From an uncultured Acidimicrobiales bacterium (lineage in GTDB: Bacteria > Actinomycetota > Acidimicrobiia > Acidimicrobiales > VFJN01), in NCBI GenBank assembly GCA_963842015.1, contig CAWJFG010000016.1:11059-75058 (forward strand): a stretch of 64,000 nt of DNA, in the 5' to 3' direction. The position numbers and the translations under genes are program-made. Below the pieces are notes generated by a model. It was not told the DNA's origin. It was given only the letters and a program-made list of their open reading frames with translations, and searched no databases. Below are positions 1 to 7,971 of this stretch, piece after piece (position 1 is the first letter of the stretch; each line of letters starts with the position of its first letter).

Positions 1-1096
1 GGAGCGCCAGGTAGCCGAGCTGGACGACCCGGCGGGGCGAGGCGTCGGGGAAGAGCTTGGGGATGCCGACGGCGGCCAGCAGCAGCGTGATCGACAGCGG
101 CAGGAGCCGGACACCCGTGGCGATCGCCGACAGCCCGAGGGCCACCGACAGGAACAGCGGCACGGCGAAGAACAGCCCGGCCTGCAACAGGTACTGGAGG
201 AAGAACGCGGTGAGGCCGCCGCGCAACACCGGGTTCCGGAGGATCGCCGGGTCGACGAGGGGCTCGGCACCCTGGTCGAGCTGCCGGTACTCCCATCCCA
301 TGAACACCCAGAGCACCACCCCGCCGCCGAGCATCAGCCAGATCGAGGGGGACAGGCCCAGCCACTCGGGGGCGGACTCCTTGGGCCGGACGAAGCCCCA
401 CTCACCCGCGCGCAGGATCCCGAACACGATCAGCCCGAGGCCGAGCGCCGACAGGGCGGTCCCGACGAGGTCGAGCCGGGCGCGCTCGGGCGTCGGTGCC
501 GACATGCGCCGGGTGAGCACCAGGATCGCGGCGACGATGAGCACCTCGCCCGCGAACACCCAGCGCCACGACAGGTAGGTCGTGAAGAGGCCCCCGATGA
601 GGGGGCCGGCGGCCACGGCGATGGCGCCGGCCGACGCCACCAACCCGTACGCCCGCGGCCGCTCGCTGCGGCCGAAGTTGGTGGCGACGAGCGCCACGAT
701 GGCGGGAAGGATCAGCGCCGCCCCGATGCCCTCGAGGAACGACCACCCGAGGATCAACACGCCGAGGTTCGGTGAGATCGCGGTGACGAACGATCCGCAG
801 CCGTAGATGACACACCCGATCGCGAACGCGCGCTTGCGGCCGATGATCTGACCGATCTTTCCGCCGGTGATCATCAACGACGCCATCACCAGCGTGTACA
901 GCGTGATGGCCGTCTGGATCCCGGTCACCGTCGTGTCGAGGTCCTTGGCCACCGTCGCGATCGACACGTTCATGACCGAGCTGTCGAGCGTCATCAGGAA
1001 CTGCCCGGCCGCCAGCGTGGCGAGCACCGTTCCGGCCGCCGCCGCCGCCGCGGCCGCTCCCGCACCCGACCCGCTCGCGGTATCTGCAGCGCTCAC
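1..1096 (-). CDS. MFS transporter, DHA2/EmrB-like (N-terminal part; the C-terminus runs off the left edge)
   Basis: My own reverse translation from GTG at 1096 gives VSAADTASG..GQFLMTLDSSVMNVSIATVAKDL..LYTLVMASLMITGGKIGQIIGRKRAF..GLVASAGAIAVAAGPLIGG. It has many hydrophobic helices and stays open to base 1. It is absent from the ORF track because it is truncated. Confidence 0.8.
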   Translation of the reverse strand, partial: MSAADTASGSGAGAAAAAAAAGTVLATLAAGQFLMTLDSSVMNVSIATVAKDLDTTVTGIQTAITLYTLVMASLMITGGKIGQIIGRKRAFAIGCVIYGCGSFVTAISPNLGVLILGWSFLEGIGAALILPAIVALVATNFGRSERPRAYGLVASAGAIAVAAGPLIGGLFTTYLSWRWVFAGEVLIVAAILVLTRRMSAPTPERARLDLVGTALSALGLGLIVFGILRAGEWGFVRPKESAPEWLGLSPSIWLMLGGGVVLWVFMGWEYRQLDQGAEPLVDPAILRNPVLRGGLTAFFLQYLLQAGLFFAVPLFLSVALGLSAIATGVRLLPLSITLLLAAVGIPKLFPDASPRRVVQLGYLAL

Positions 1097-1513
1097 GGGA
1101 CGTGCACCGAGGAGCTGTCGACTGGATCAGGCACGGCCCACCCTTGTCGTCCGCCGGCACCGAATGCCAGGTTCGCGCCATCTTGCCAGGCGAATCCCGT
1201 GCCGGACCACCATGTCGACGACGGTCGATCACCTCGCGCTACATCGGCGGCGACCTGATGGAAGCGATCGTCGCGACGGGTTCGCTCTCCGGCGAGCTCC
1301 TCGGTGACCCGAGCGCGGAGCTCAGAGCCAACCTGGCCGACAGCGAGGTCGGCCTGTTCACGCCTTACCAGTCGATGTAGCCACCACTCGCGGGGAGACT
1401 GGTCCTGACCTCCCGCCGAGAATTTCTGATCGGGATGTCGAGAGTCCGAGCTCTGGTCCGTCCCCGGTGGTGAATGCGGCCAGCAGGGTCGCCGTGACAC
1501 GAGGAGGACACAC

Positions 1514-1921
1514 ATGGCCAAGTACCTGTTGCTCAAGCACTACCGGGGCGCGCCGGCGCCGGCGAACGACGTCCCGATGGACCAGTGGACGCCGCAGGAG
1601 GTCGAGGCGCACATGCAGTTCATGCGCGACTGGGCCGCTCGGTTCGAGGGCACCGGCGAGTTCGTCGATGGACAGGCGTTGTCGCCCGACGGCGTCTGGG
1701 TCCGCTCCGACGGCGGGGGGCGGCCGCCGGTGACCGACGGTCCGTTCGCGGAGACGAAGGATCTGATCGCCGGATGGATGGTCATCGACGTCGACAGCTA
1801 CGAGCGAGCGATCGAGCTCGCCGGCGAGCTGTCATCGGCGCCCGGGGCCGGCGGCGAACCGATCCACGAATGGCTGGAGGTCCGGCCGTTCCTCACGGCG
1901 CCACCCACCATCACCGAGTGA
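1514..1921 (+). CDS. YCII-related (DGPF) domain protein
   Basis: The 135-aa ORF reads MAKYLLLKHY..DGPFAETKDLIAGWMVIDVDS. AGGAGG lies upstream. Its stop overlaps the next start (GTGA). Confidence 0.85.
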   Translation: MAKYLLLKHYRGAPAPANDVPMDQWTPQEVEAHMQFMRDWAARFEGTGEFVDGQALSPDGVWVRSDGGGRPPVTDGPFAETKDLIAGWMVIDVDSYERAIELAGELSSAPGAGGEPIHEWLEVRPFLTAPPTITE

Positions 1922-3075
1922 TCGTGGACGTCGTCGAGCTGCGCGGGCTCGCCCCGAAGGTCCTGAGCGTCCTCGTCCGTCGCGGTGCCGACTTCGCGAC
2001 GGCCGAGGACGCCGTGCAAGAGGGGCTGATCCGGGCACTCTCGGTGTGGGAGGACGACGCACCTTCGGATCCCGAGGGCTGGCTGATCACCGTGTCCTGG
2101 AGGGCGTTCCTCGACATGGCGCGATCGGACGCCGCACGTCGCGACCGAGAGGTCCGACTCGACAGCGATCCGCCCACGGGCATCGTGCCGTGCGCCGACG
2201 ACACCCTGCACCTCTACTTCCTGTGCGCGCATCCCGACCTGACGCCGTCATCAGCGGTCGCCCTCACGCTCCGGGCGGTGGGCGGGCTCACCACCCGCCA
2301 GATCGCGCAGGCCTACCTCGTGCCCGAGAGCACGATGGCGCAGCGCATCAGCCGCGCCAAGCGCACGGTCAGCCGGGCCGGTCTCGATCGTCCCGGCGAG
2401 GTGCGAACCGTGATGCACGTGCTCTACCTCGTCTTCAACGAGGGCTACTCAGGCGACGTCGACCTCGCGGCCGAGGCCATCCGGCTCGCCCGCCAGCTGG
2501 CCACGTTGGTCGACGACCCCGAGGTCGACGGTCTGCTCGCCCTGATGTTGCTGCACCACGCGCGCCGCCGCAGTCGCACCCGACCGGACGGAGGGATCGT
2601 GCCACTCGGCGAGCAGGACCGGAGCCAGTGGGACACCGAGCTCATCGCCGAGGGAGTCGACATCCTCCAAACCGCCCTCGCGCAGGACCGGCTCGGCGAA
2701 TACCAGGCCCAAGCGGCGATCGCCGCGCTGCACGCCGACGCCCGCCGCTTCGAGGACACCGACTGGGTGCAGATCCTCGAGTGGTACGACGAGCTGCTCC
2801 GGTTCGCCGACACCCCGATCATCCGGCTCAACCGTGCCGTCGCCCTCGGCGAAGCGGACGGCGCACCCGCGGGGTTGGCGGCACTGGCCGACATCGACGA
2901 GAACATCCCGCGTCGCGATGCGGTCGCTGCCCATCTCCAGGAGCGCAACGGCGATCTCGAGCTCGCTGCCCGCCTCTACGCCGCCGCGGCCCGCAACGCG
3001 CCGAACCTCGCAGAGCGCGATCACCAGACTCGCCAGGCCGCGCGGCTCAACCAACTCCTGCGTCACCCGCGATGA
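1918..3075 (+). CDS. ECF-type sigma-70 family sigma factor with a long helical C-terminal extension
   Basis: From GTG 1918 it reads ..FATAEDAVQEGLIRAL..GWLITVSWRAFLDMARS.. for region 2 and LTLRAVGGLTTRQIAQAYLVPESTMAQRISRAKR for the region 4 HTH. A TPR-like tail follows. It is coupled to the YCII gene, a pairing known in Actinobacteria. Confidence 0.85.
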   Translation: MIVDVVELRGLAPKVLSVLVRRGADFATAEDAVQEGLIRALSVWEDDAPSDPEGWLITVSWRAFLDMARSDAARRDREVRLDSDPPTGIVPCADDTLHLYFLCAHPDLTPSSAVALTLRAVGGLTTRQIAQAYLVPESTMAQRISRAKRTVSRAGLDRPGEVRTVMHVLYLVFNEGYSGDVDLAAEAIRLARQLATLVDDPEVDGLLALMLLHHARRRSRTRPDGGIVPLGEQDRSQWDTELIAEGVDILQTALAQDRLGEYQAQAAIAALHADARRFEDTDWVQILEWYDELLRFADTPIIRLNRAVALGEADGAPAGLAALADIDENIPRRDAVAAHLQERNGDLELAARLYAAAARNAPNLAERDHQTRQAARLNQLLRHPR

Positions 3076-3133
3076 CCGGGTCTCACGGCTCGACACGGTC
3101 GGAGCAACCGGGCCGGCGAGGGGCCAGACGATC

Positions 3134-3304
3134 GTGGCCGCCGACGGACGGGGCGGCATCTGGAGCATCCCCAGCGATCCCGACGAGTGGCAACGGCGCG
3201 CCTGCGACATCGCCGGACGCAACCCGTCCCGCGAGGAGTGGGCAGAGGTGCTGCCCGACCGGCCCTACCGCGAGACATGTCCGGAGCACCCGGCCAGCAC
3301 CTGA
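3134..3304 (+). pseudogene. Orphan C-terminal fragment resembling the tail of actinobacterial WD40/STAND proteins
   Basis: The frame reads ..GGIWSIPSDPDEWQRRACDIAGRNPSREEWAEVLPDRPYRETCP then stop. No matching N-terminal body lies upstream, where the sigma gene ends at 3075. Confidence 0.25.
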
Positions 3305-3440
3305 TCGACATCAGCTTTGAGACCTTCGTGCTCCGGTCGATGCTCTACACATCGGTTTCACCTGATGCTTGACGGGTCGACCGACACGCAGTGCTGGCAG
3401 CGACGGGCCCAGCTCTTGGCGGGCTCGAATCCGGCGGCAG
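3283..3440 (-). repeat. MITE/REP-like palindromic element, copy E1 (degenerate)
   Basis: Core TTCACCTGATGCTTGACG lies at 3357-3374. The flanks align by eye with both arms of the 14355-14540 copy. Confidence 0.45.
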
Positions 3441-3444
3441 AGCT

Positions 3445-4236
3445 TCAGCTCACGGTCTTCACGAACTGGCGGATCTCCCTCGCGCACGCTTCGGGGTCCT
3501 CGACCACACAGGCGTGGCCGAGCTTCGGAAGCACGACAAGCGCCGATGTCGAGATCGCGGCATGGAGCGCCTTGGCGTTCGCGAGCGGCGACCGAGCATC
3601 GGCGTCGCCGTGCAGGACGAGCGTCGGCACGTCGATCGTGGGCAGCACCGACCGTAGGTCGGTCTCCGCCCCAACATGGCCTGCTGCTCGAATCGTCGCC
3701 GGACGTATGTTCTCACGCATCATCGTGACCAACGCGGCGTCGCGGTCGGCCGGGATGAGGGCGGAGAACAAGCCCGGGTAGGACTTCGGGTCGAACGCGT
3801 CGCCGAGTTCAGCCATGCCGACGAACATCTCGAGCCGTCGTGCCACCTCGTCTTGGGGCAACGAACCTGCCCAGCCCGCGTAGCCGCCGACGAGCACGAG
3901 ACTCGCTGACAACTCGGGTTGGCGCTGGAACAACGACAAAGCGACCATCGTCCCGAACGAGTGACCCACCAGATGCGGCCGCTCGAGGCCGAGCGCGGCC
4001 ACGAACCCCGCCAGCGCGTCAGCGAACTGGGGCGCTCGCCAGCTGTCATCGATGTCCGACGACTCGCCGAAACCTGGAGCGTCCCACGCAATGACGGTGT
4101 GGTCACGTGAGAGGTCCGGGACCATCCACTGCCACGTGCGGCTGTCGCTCGGCGCACCGTGCACCATGACCAGGGCCGGCCCGCTGCCCACGCATGTGTA
4201 CGCGATCCGCATCCCGTCAACGTCGACGTGTTCCAC
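3445..4236 (-). CDS. alpha/beta hydrolase
   Basis: Motifs include VMVHGAPSDSRTW, the nucleophile elbow LVGHSFG, and LVLHGDADARSP..LGH. GTG 4236 (VEHVDVDGMRIAY) is preferred over the ORF-track start at 4353, which lies inside a repeat. Confidence 0.85.
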   Translation of the reverse strand: MEHVDVDGMRIAYTCVGSGPALVMVHGAPSDSRTWQWMVPDLSRDHTVIAWDAPGFGESSDIDDSWRAPQFADALAGFVAALGLERPHLVGHSFGTMVALSLFQRQPELSASLVLVGGYAGWAGSLPQDEVARRLEMFVGMAELGDAFDPKSYPGLFSALIPADRDAALVTMMRENIRPATIRAAGHVGAETDLRSVLPTIDVPTLVLHGDADARSPLANAKALHAAISTSALVVLPKLGHACVVEDPEACAREIRQFVKTVS

Positions 4237-4324
4237 CCTGCGATTCTGACGCAGGTGAGAACGATGACTTCGCCCGCAAGGTGCCGTACCGGGCGCTTGC
4301 GCCCGTCGTCCTGCCCGAGGCCTC

Positions 4325-4549
4325 GGAGGGGTAGAGGGTTCTCGGCCGAGCATCGCCCATCACCTGGAACCGAAACGTCAAGCATCAGGTGAAGCCAGAC
4401 AGCGGGACCGCAACCGTGTGCGGTCCCGCGTCATGGCTGACGATCGTGCCCCAGGACATGGTCGACAGTCGCCGTGATCGGTCTGCTGGCTGTTCGTCGC
4501 GCCACGTACGAACGACGATCCATCGAGCCCACGGAGGCGTCCGTCCTAG
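4325..4549 (-). repeat. MITE/REP-like palindromic element, copy E2 (expanded centre)
   Basis: Reverse-complemented, 4328-4402 reads CTGTCTGGCTTCACCTGATGCTTGACGTTTCGGTTCCAGGTGATGGGCGA.. and matches the 9876-9952 copy closely. The decayed second arm ends at CTAG 4546-4549. Confidence 0.55.
4402..4429. terminator. Perfect 11-bp stem hairpin (GCGGGACCGCA / TGCGGTCCCGC)
   Basis: Seen directly in the sequence. It lies about 115 nt downstream of the 4546 stop, inside copy E2, and has no T tract. Confidence 0.4.
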
Positions 4550-5823
4550 TGCGGCGACCTCTGGAAGTGGTGAGCGAGGACGTGGTTCACCGTCTTCTTG
4601 CCGATCGTGATTCCGTCCTCGACCGCGGAGCGGTAGTGGATGCCGCCCCAGATGCGGCCGTTGCCGACGTCGTATTCCAGGTCCTTGACCCGGTCGAAGT
4701 GGCGATCTCCGAGGCCCGTCAGGCTGGGGACCGTGAAGTCGATGTGGCCCGTTCCCAGGAAGTTCTGGATGACGCGCCCTCCGGCCGGGGTGATGCACGA
4801 GTGTGCGCTCGGATACTCCGGGTGGTTCGGTGTCGCCGGGAGCAGTGGAGTCCAGGCTGGGTCGGCCACCGTCGCGTCGTTGCCGTCGGTGTCCCCGGCC
4901 CGGATGGCGGTGATCGGGCGCCAGAACGGGTCGTGGTACTTGGCGTCGAAGCAGGCGATCAGCGCGTCGGCGTATGTCACGGACATCATCGCCATGAACC
5001 TCGACGCGTCCCCGACATCCAGGCCGTGGTCGAGCACGAACGTGCGGAAAGAGCCGCGTGCTTGTTGGACGGGGGGCTCGCCCCAGAACCGAGCCGCGAC
5101 TGTCTGCTCGTCGGTCCGCGTCGTGCTCGTGCTCGAGCCGATCTCCTTGACCTCGTTGTAGTCGCGTGCCCACGTCTTGCTGTCGAGTGCCGGGGGGCCG
5201 CTTGGCCGGAACTGGTCGGCGGTGGCGAGGCTGAACGGCCGCATGAGGCCGAGGTAGGGGCCGATCGGGGGCGTGGGCGCCGTCGGGATCCAGACTCCGG
5301 GGATCGGTGGATCCGGCGGCGTGTACGTCACCGGCGCTCGAAAGCCGTCGTCGGCGCGCTCGGCGATGAGGAGAGCTGCAACCTGCTCGCCCGTTGCCAC
5401 GCCGTCGGTCTTCGCCAAGCCGTCCGGGATCGTGGCCAGCGATTCGACGTACGCAGGATCGACGATCCCCGCCGCCTGGGCGGGCAGGTAGTGGACGAGA
5501 ATGCGATGGGCGGCGGCGGCAACGGCGGCCTCGGCCGAGGCACCGTCAGGTGCGTCGACATCGATCGCGAACGGCTGATACCCACCCTCGATGGCCATCA
5601 CAGAGTCGTAGACCGCGATGGCGACATAGGCGAAGATGGTGTGGCCCTCTGGGGGTGTGAGGCCCGCCGCGGTGAAGGCCCGTGAACCGACCAAGTCCCA
5701 GTCCGTGACGTACGTGTCCGGCGGGCCCGATGCTGGAGCATCCGCACTGCTCGCGGTGGCTCCGCTGGGCACAACGACCGCGGCGACGAGCAGTGCTGAA
5801 ATCATCAACCAGAGCCGTCTCAT
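4546..5823 (-). CDS. Secreted PAP2-superfamily / vanadium-haloperoxidase-like protein
   Basis: The signal-like N-terminus MRRLWLMISALLVAAVVVPSG starts at ATG 5823. Motifs include HPEYPSAHS and GRIWGGIHYRSA. Confidence 0.75.
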   Translation of the reverse strand: MRRLWLMISALLVAAVVVPSGATASSADAPASGPPDTYVTDWDLVGSRAFTAAGLTPPEGHTIFAYVAIAVYDSVMAIEGGYQPFAIDVDAPDGASAEAAVAAAAHRILVHYLPAQAAGIVDPAYVESLATIPDGLAKTDGVATGEQVAALLIAERADDGFRAPVTYTPPDPPIPGVWIPTAPTPPIGPYLGLMRPFSLATADQFRPSGPPALDSKTWARDYNEVKEIGSSTSTTRTDEQTVAARFWGEPPVQQARGSFRTFVLDHGLDVGDASRFMAMMSVTYADALIACFDAKYHDPFWRPITAIRAGDTDGNDATVADPAWTPLLPATPNHPEYPSAHSCITPAGGRVIQNFLGTGHIDFTVPSLTGLGDRHFDRVKDLEYDVGNGRIWGGIHYRSAVEDGITIGKKTVNHVLAHHFQRSPH

Positions 5824-6123
5824 GATGGCAACCCCTTCAAGAGGACGTGGGCGTGACACACCGTGATCGAAAGATCACGCGCGCCACTGCTTGAGCTTCA
5901 GCCGCCCGGAGAACATCGACATGGCGGATTGGGACGGGTGGCCCGCGCTCGCTACCGGCGGAGTGACGCCGTTGGACCCAGTCGGGCTCGCGGTCCGATT
6001 GCGCGCCAGGGAGGCGACACACTGGCCATTAGAGAAGGGCGCCGACATACACCCCACGAGGACGGCACGCATTGCGCCTCCTTGTGCAGGATGACCGCCC
6101 GCGCGCCCGCCCCGCGACGACAG

Positions 6124-6177
6124 CATGCCCTCACAGAGTGGCCGTGGCAAGCGTCATGCCCTCACAGAGTGGCCGTG
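6124..6177. repeat. Two perfect 23-bp direct repeats (CATGCCCTCACAGAGTGGCCGTG) with a 31-bp period
   Basis: The copies at 6124-6146 and 6155-6177 are identical. They lie in about 470 bp of non-coding DNA next to the tRNA island junction. Confidence 0.8.
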
Positions 6178-6296
6178 CCAGGCCTCCTGAGCTGATCCAC
6201 GCGCGAGGCCGCAGGCATCGAGGACGCATCGACCCGCCCGGTCGCGACCGTTGCCGTCGCCGAGTACGAACACTGCCTCGACCACTCCTACTCGCC

Positions 6297-6337
6297 GCGA
6301 GAGGAGAATCGAACTCCTGACCTACGCATCACGAGCC
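6297..6337 (-). repeat. Partial copy of the tRNA-Thr 3' half (att-like)
   Basis: CGAGAGGAGAATCGAACCTGACCTACGCATcACGAG-type sequence here matches 6572-6610 of the intact tRNA, from the anticodon loop to near the 3' end, with one mismatch. Confidence 0.75.
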
Positions 6338-6522
6338 TGGTCCATGGCGACGTGCAGACGATGCTCGGCCACGCCGAGGCGAGCCTGACGCTCGACGTTT
6401 ACGCGCAGGCGGACGCCAAGTTGGGTGAGGCAGCGGCCGAGGCGATGGGCGCCCGGTTCCTCGGGTCGGCGGCACGCGATGGACGCGCGATGGAGTCGGG
6501 TTATGACCGCGAGCCCGTTTGA
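6338..6522 (+). pseudogene. Tyrosine recombinase/integrase C-terminal remnant
   Basis: The frame reads LVHGDVQTMLGHAEASLTLDVYAQADAKLGEAAAEAMG.. then stop at 6520-6522. This is the LGH..T...Y catalytic-Tyr end of integrases. The N-terminal roughly 300 aa are absent. Confidence 0.5.
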
Positions 6523-6567
6523 CCGGTTCCTCGGGCCTGTGGTGGCTGACCTGGGGGTCTGCCGGAG

Positions 6568-6640
6568 AGCCCGAGAGGAGAATCGAACTCCTGACCTACG
6601 CATTACGAGTGCGTTGCTCTGCCGTCTGAGCTACTCGGGC
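6568..6640 (-). tRNA. tRNA-Thr (anticodon CGU)
   Basis: Hand-folded cloverleaf: GCCCGAG TA GCTC AGACGGCA GAGC A ACGCA CTCGTAA TGCGT AGGTC AGGAG TTCGATT CTCCT CTCGGGC T. It is 73 nt with no encoded CCA. Confidence 0.9.
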
Positions 6641-6775
6641 GGGACGAGTCACGATAGCAGCGGCCGTCCAGGTGACCGGAACCGGTTGTCCGTGCTGGTC
6701 AGGCACCACGGCCGGCACGCCACCGAGGCTGTCGTCGGCATCGTCGCCGCCCTCCCCCACCGTCTCGTCAGCGCC
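6603..6775. repeat. Left copy of a 145-170-bp direct repeat (tRNA 5' half plus upstream flank)
   Basis: It aligns with 15829-16000 with only a few mismatches as far as GGCATCGTC. Similarity then decays. Confidence 0.85.
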
Positions 6776-6885
6776 GTCGTTGTCTGGATAGCCGATCACG
6801 AACGCCTGGACGGGCCCGATGCTGATGGAGGTGTTGCTACTGGTGGGCGCCGTGCCATGCGACGCTGACACCTTGGCGAGGCACT

Positions 6886-7108
6886 CAGTGACCGACCTGG
6901 CCGCCGAACCGTGTACACCCATTGTCGATGGAACAGACACTGCCCGCATCACGCACATCAGGTGACTCGTGCACCGGTGTGACCACGTCATGAGCCAGGG
7001 AACGACACCGACCAGCGCCATCGCCACCCTGAAGATCACGGCCCGTCAGGCGGTCGGCGAAGCTGGTCCCTGGTGCGTGAAGGGGTCGGGGCAGCAGACC
7101 CTCAGAAC
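6886..7108 (+). repeat. MITE/REP-like element, copy E6 (expanded centre, decayed)
   Basis: CGCACATCAGGTGA lies at 6952-6965. The right arm CCTGGTGCGTGAAGGGGTCGGGG..CCCTCAGAAC at 7068-7108 aligns with CCTGATGCGTGACGG..CCCTAGGAC of copy E4. Confidence 0.4.
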
Positions 7109-7971
7109 ACGCTCGGGACCTGCCGGACGGCGAGGTTGGGGTCCTGGTAATCGCCGGCGCGTTGGCGCTTGGGCAGCTTGACGTCGCGCTGCTCGAGCGG
7201 CTGGTACGGGATCTGGCCCAGAAGGTGGGTGATGACGTTCAGGCGGGTGCGCTTCTTGTCGTCGGAGTTGACGACGTACCACGGGGCCCACGCCGTGTCG
7301 GTCGCGGCGAACATGGCGTCGCGCGCCCGCGCGTAGTCGAACCACCGGCTGTAGGACTTGAGGTCCATATCGGTGAGCTTCCAGCCCTTGCGCGGGTCGT
7401 TGATGCGGCTCTCCAGACGACTGGTCTGCTCGTCTGGGCTCACCTCGAGCCAGTACTTGAGGAGGACGATGCCGGACTCGATCATCGCCCGCTCCACGTT
7501 CGGAACGAGTTCGAGGAAGCGCTTGGTCTGCTCCTCGGTGCAGAAGCCCATGACCCGCTCCACGCCGGCGCGGTTGTACCAGCTGCGGTCGAAGATGACG
7601 ACCTCCCCGGCGGCCGGGAGGTGTGCGAGGTAGCGCTGGAAGTACATCTGCGACTTCTCGCGCTCGGTAGGCGCGGGGAGGGCGACGACGCGGAACGTTC
7701 GGGGGCTCACCCGCTCGGTGATCGCCTTGATGGTGCCGCCTTTGCCGGCGGTGTCGCGGCCTTCGAAGACGATGCAGATCTTGGCGCCCGACTCCTTCAC
7801 CCACTCCTGGAGGGCGACGACCTCGCCGTGCAGCCCGCGGAGCTTGAGCTCGTACTCCTTGCGCTTCATCTTCGGCCGCGGCTCGCTATCGTCCGCCGCT
7901 CTGGAGGCGGTCGGCTGAGATCCGAGCGTGTGGTCGCGGTGCTTCTTGTCCTTCTTCTTGGCGTTGCTCAT
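7102..7971 (-). CDS. ppk2: Polyphosphate kinase 2
   Basis: Motifs include VFEGRDTAGKGGTI, ERVSPR, FDRSWYNRAGVERVMGF and WKLTDMDL. The alternative start ATG 7869 (MKRKEYELKL) would remove the 86-nt overlap with the upstream gene. Confidence 0.9.
   Translation of the reverse strand: MSNAKKKDKKHRDHTLGSQPTASRAADDSEPRPKMKRKEYELKLRGLHGEVVALQEWVKESGAKICIVFEGRDTAGKGGTIKAITERVSPRTFRVVALPAPTEREKSQMYFQRYLAHLPAAGEVVIFDRSWYNRAGVERVMGFCTEEQTKRFLELVPNVERAMIESGIVLLKYWLEVSPDEQTSRLESRINDPRKGWKLTDMDLKSYSRWFDYARARDAMFAATDTAWAPWYVVNSDDKKRTRLNVITHLLGQIPYQPLEQRDVKLPKRQRAGDYQDPNLAVRQVPSVF

Noticed and set aside
1102-1380. A 92-aa ORF (or its 40-aa tail MEAIVATGSLSGELLGDPSAELRANLADSEVGLFTPYQSM) in the MFS/YCII intergenic region.
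   Set aside because: The N-terminal two thirds are junk-like. The tail is too short and has no RBS or family signal. It is left unannotated.
1585-1917. An upstream extension of the sigma-factor ORF overlapping the YCII gene.
   Set aside because: It lies out of frame within a gene that has clear YCII motifs. GTG 1918 gives a normal sigma N-terminus and a GTGA coupling.
6596-7039. A 147-aa minus-strand ORF, and the plus-strand ORF 6425-6868, both overlapping the tRNA.
   Set aside because: Both run through the tRNA-Thr gene and the duplicated tRNA flank. Differences between the two flank copies show no coding constraint.
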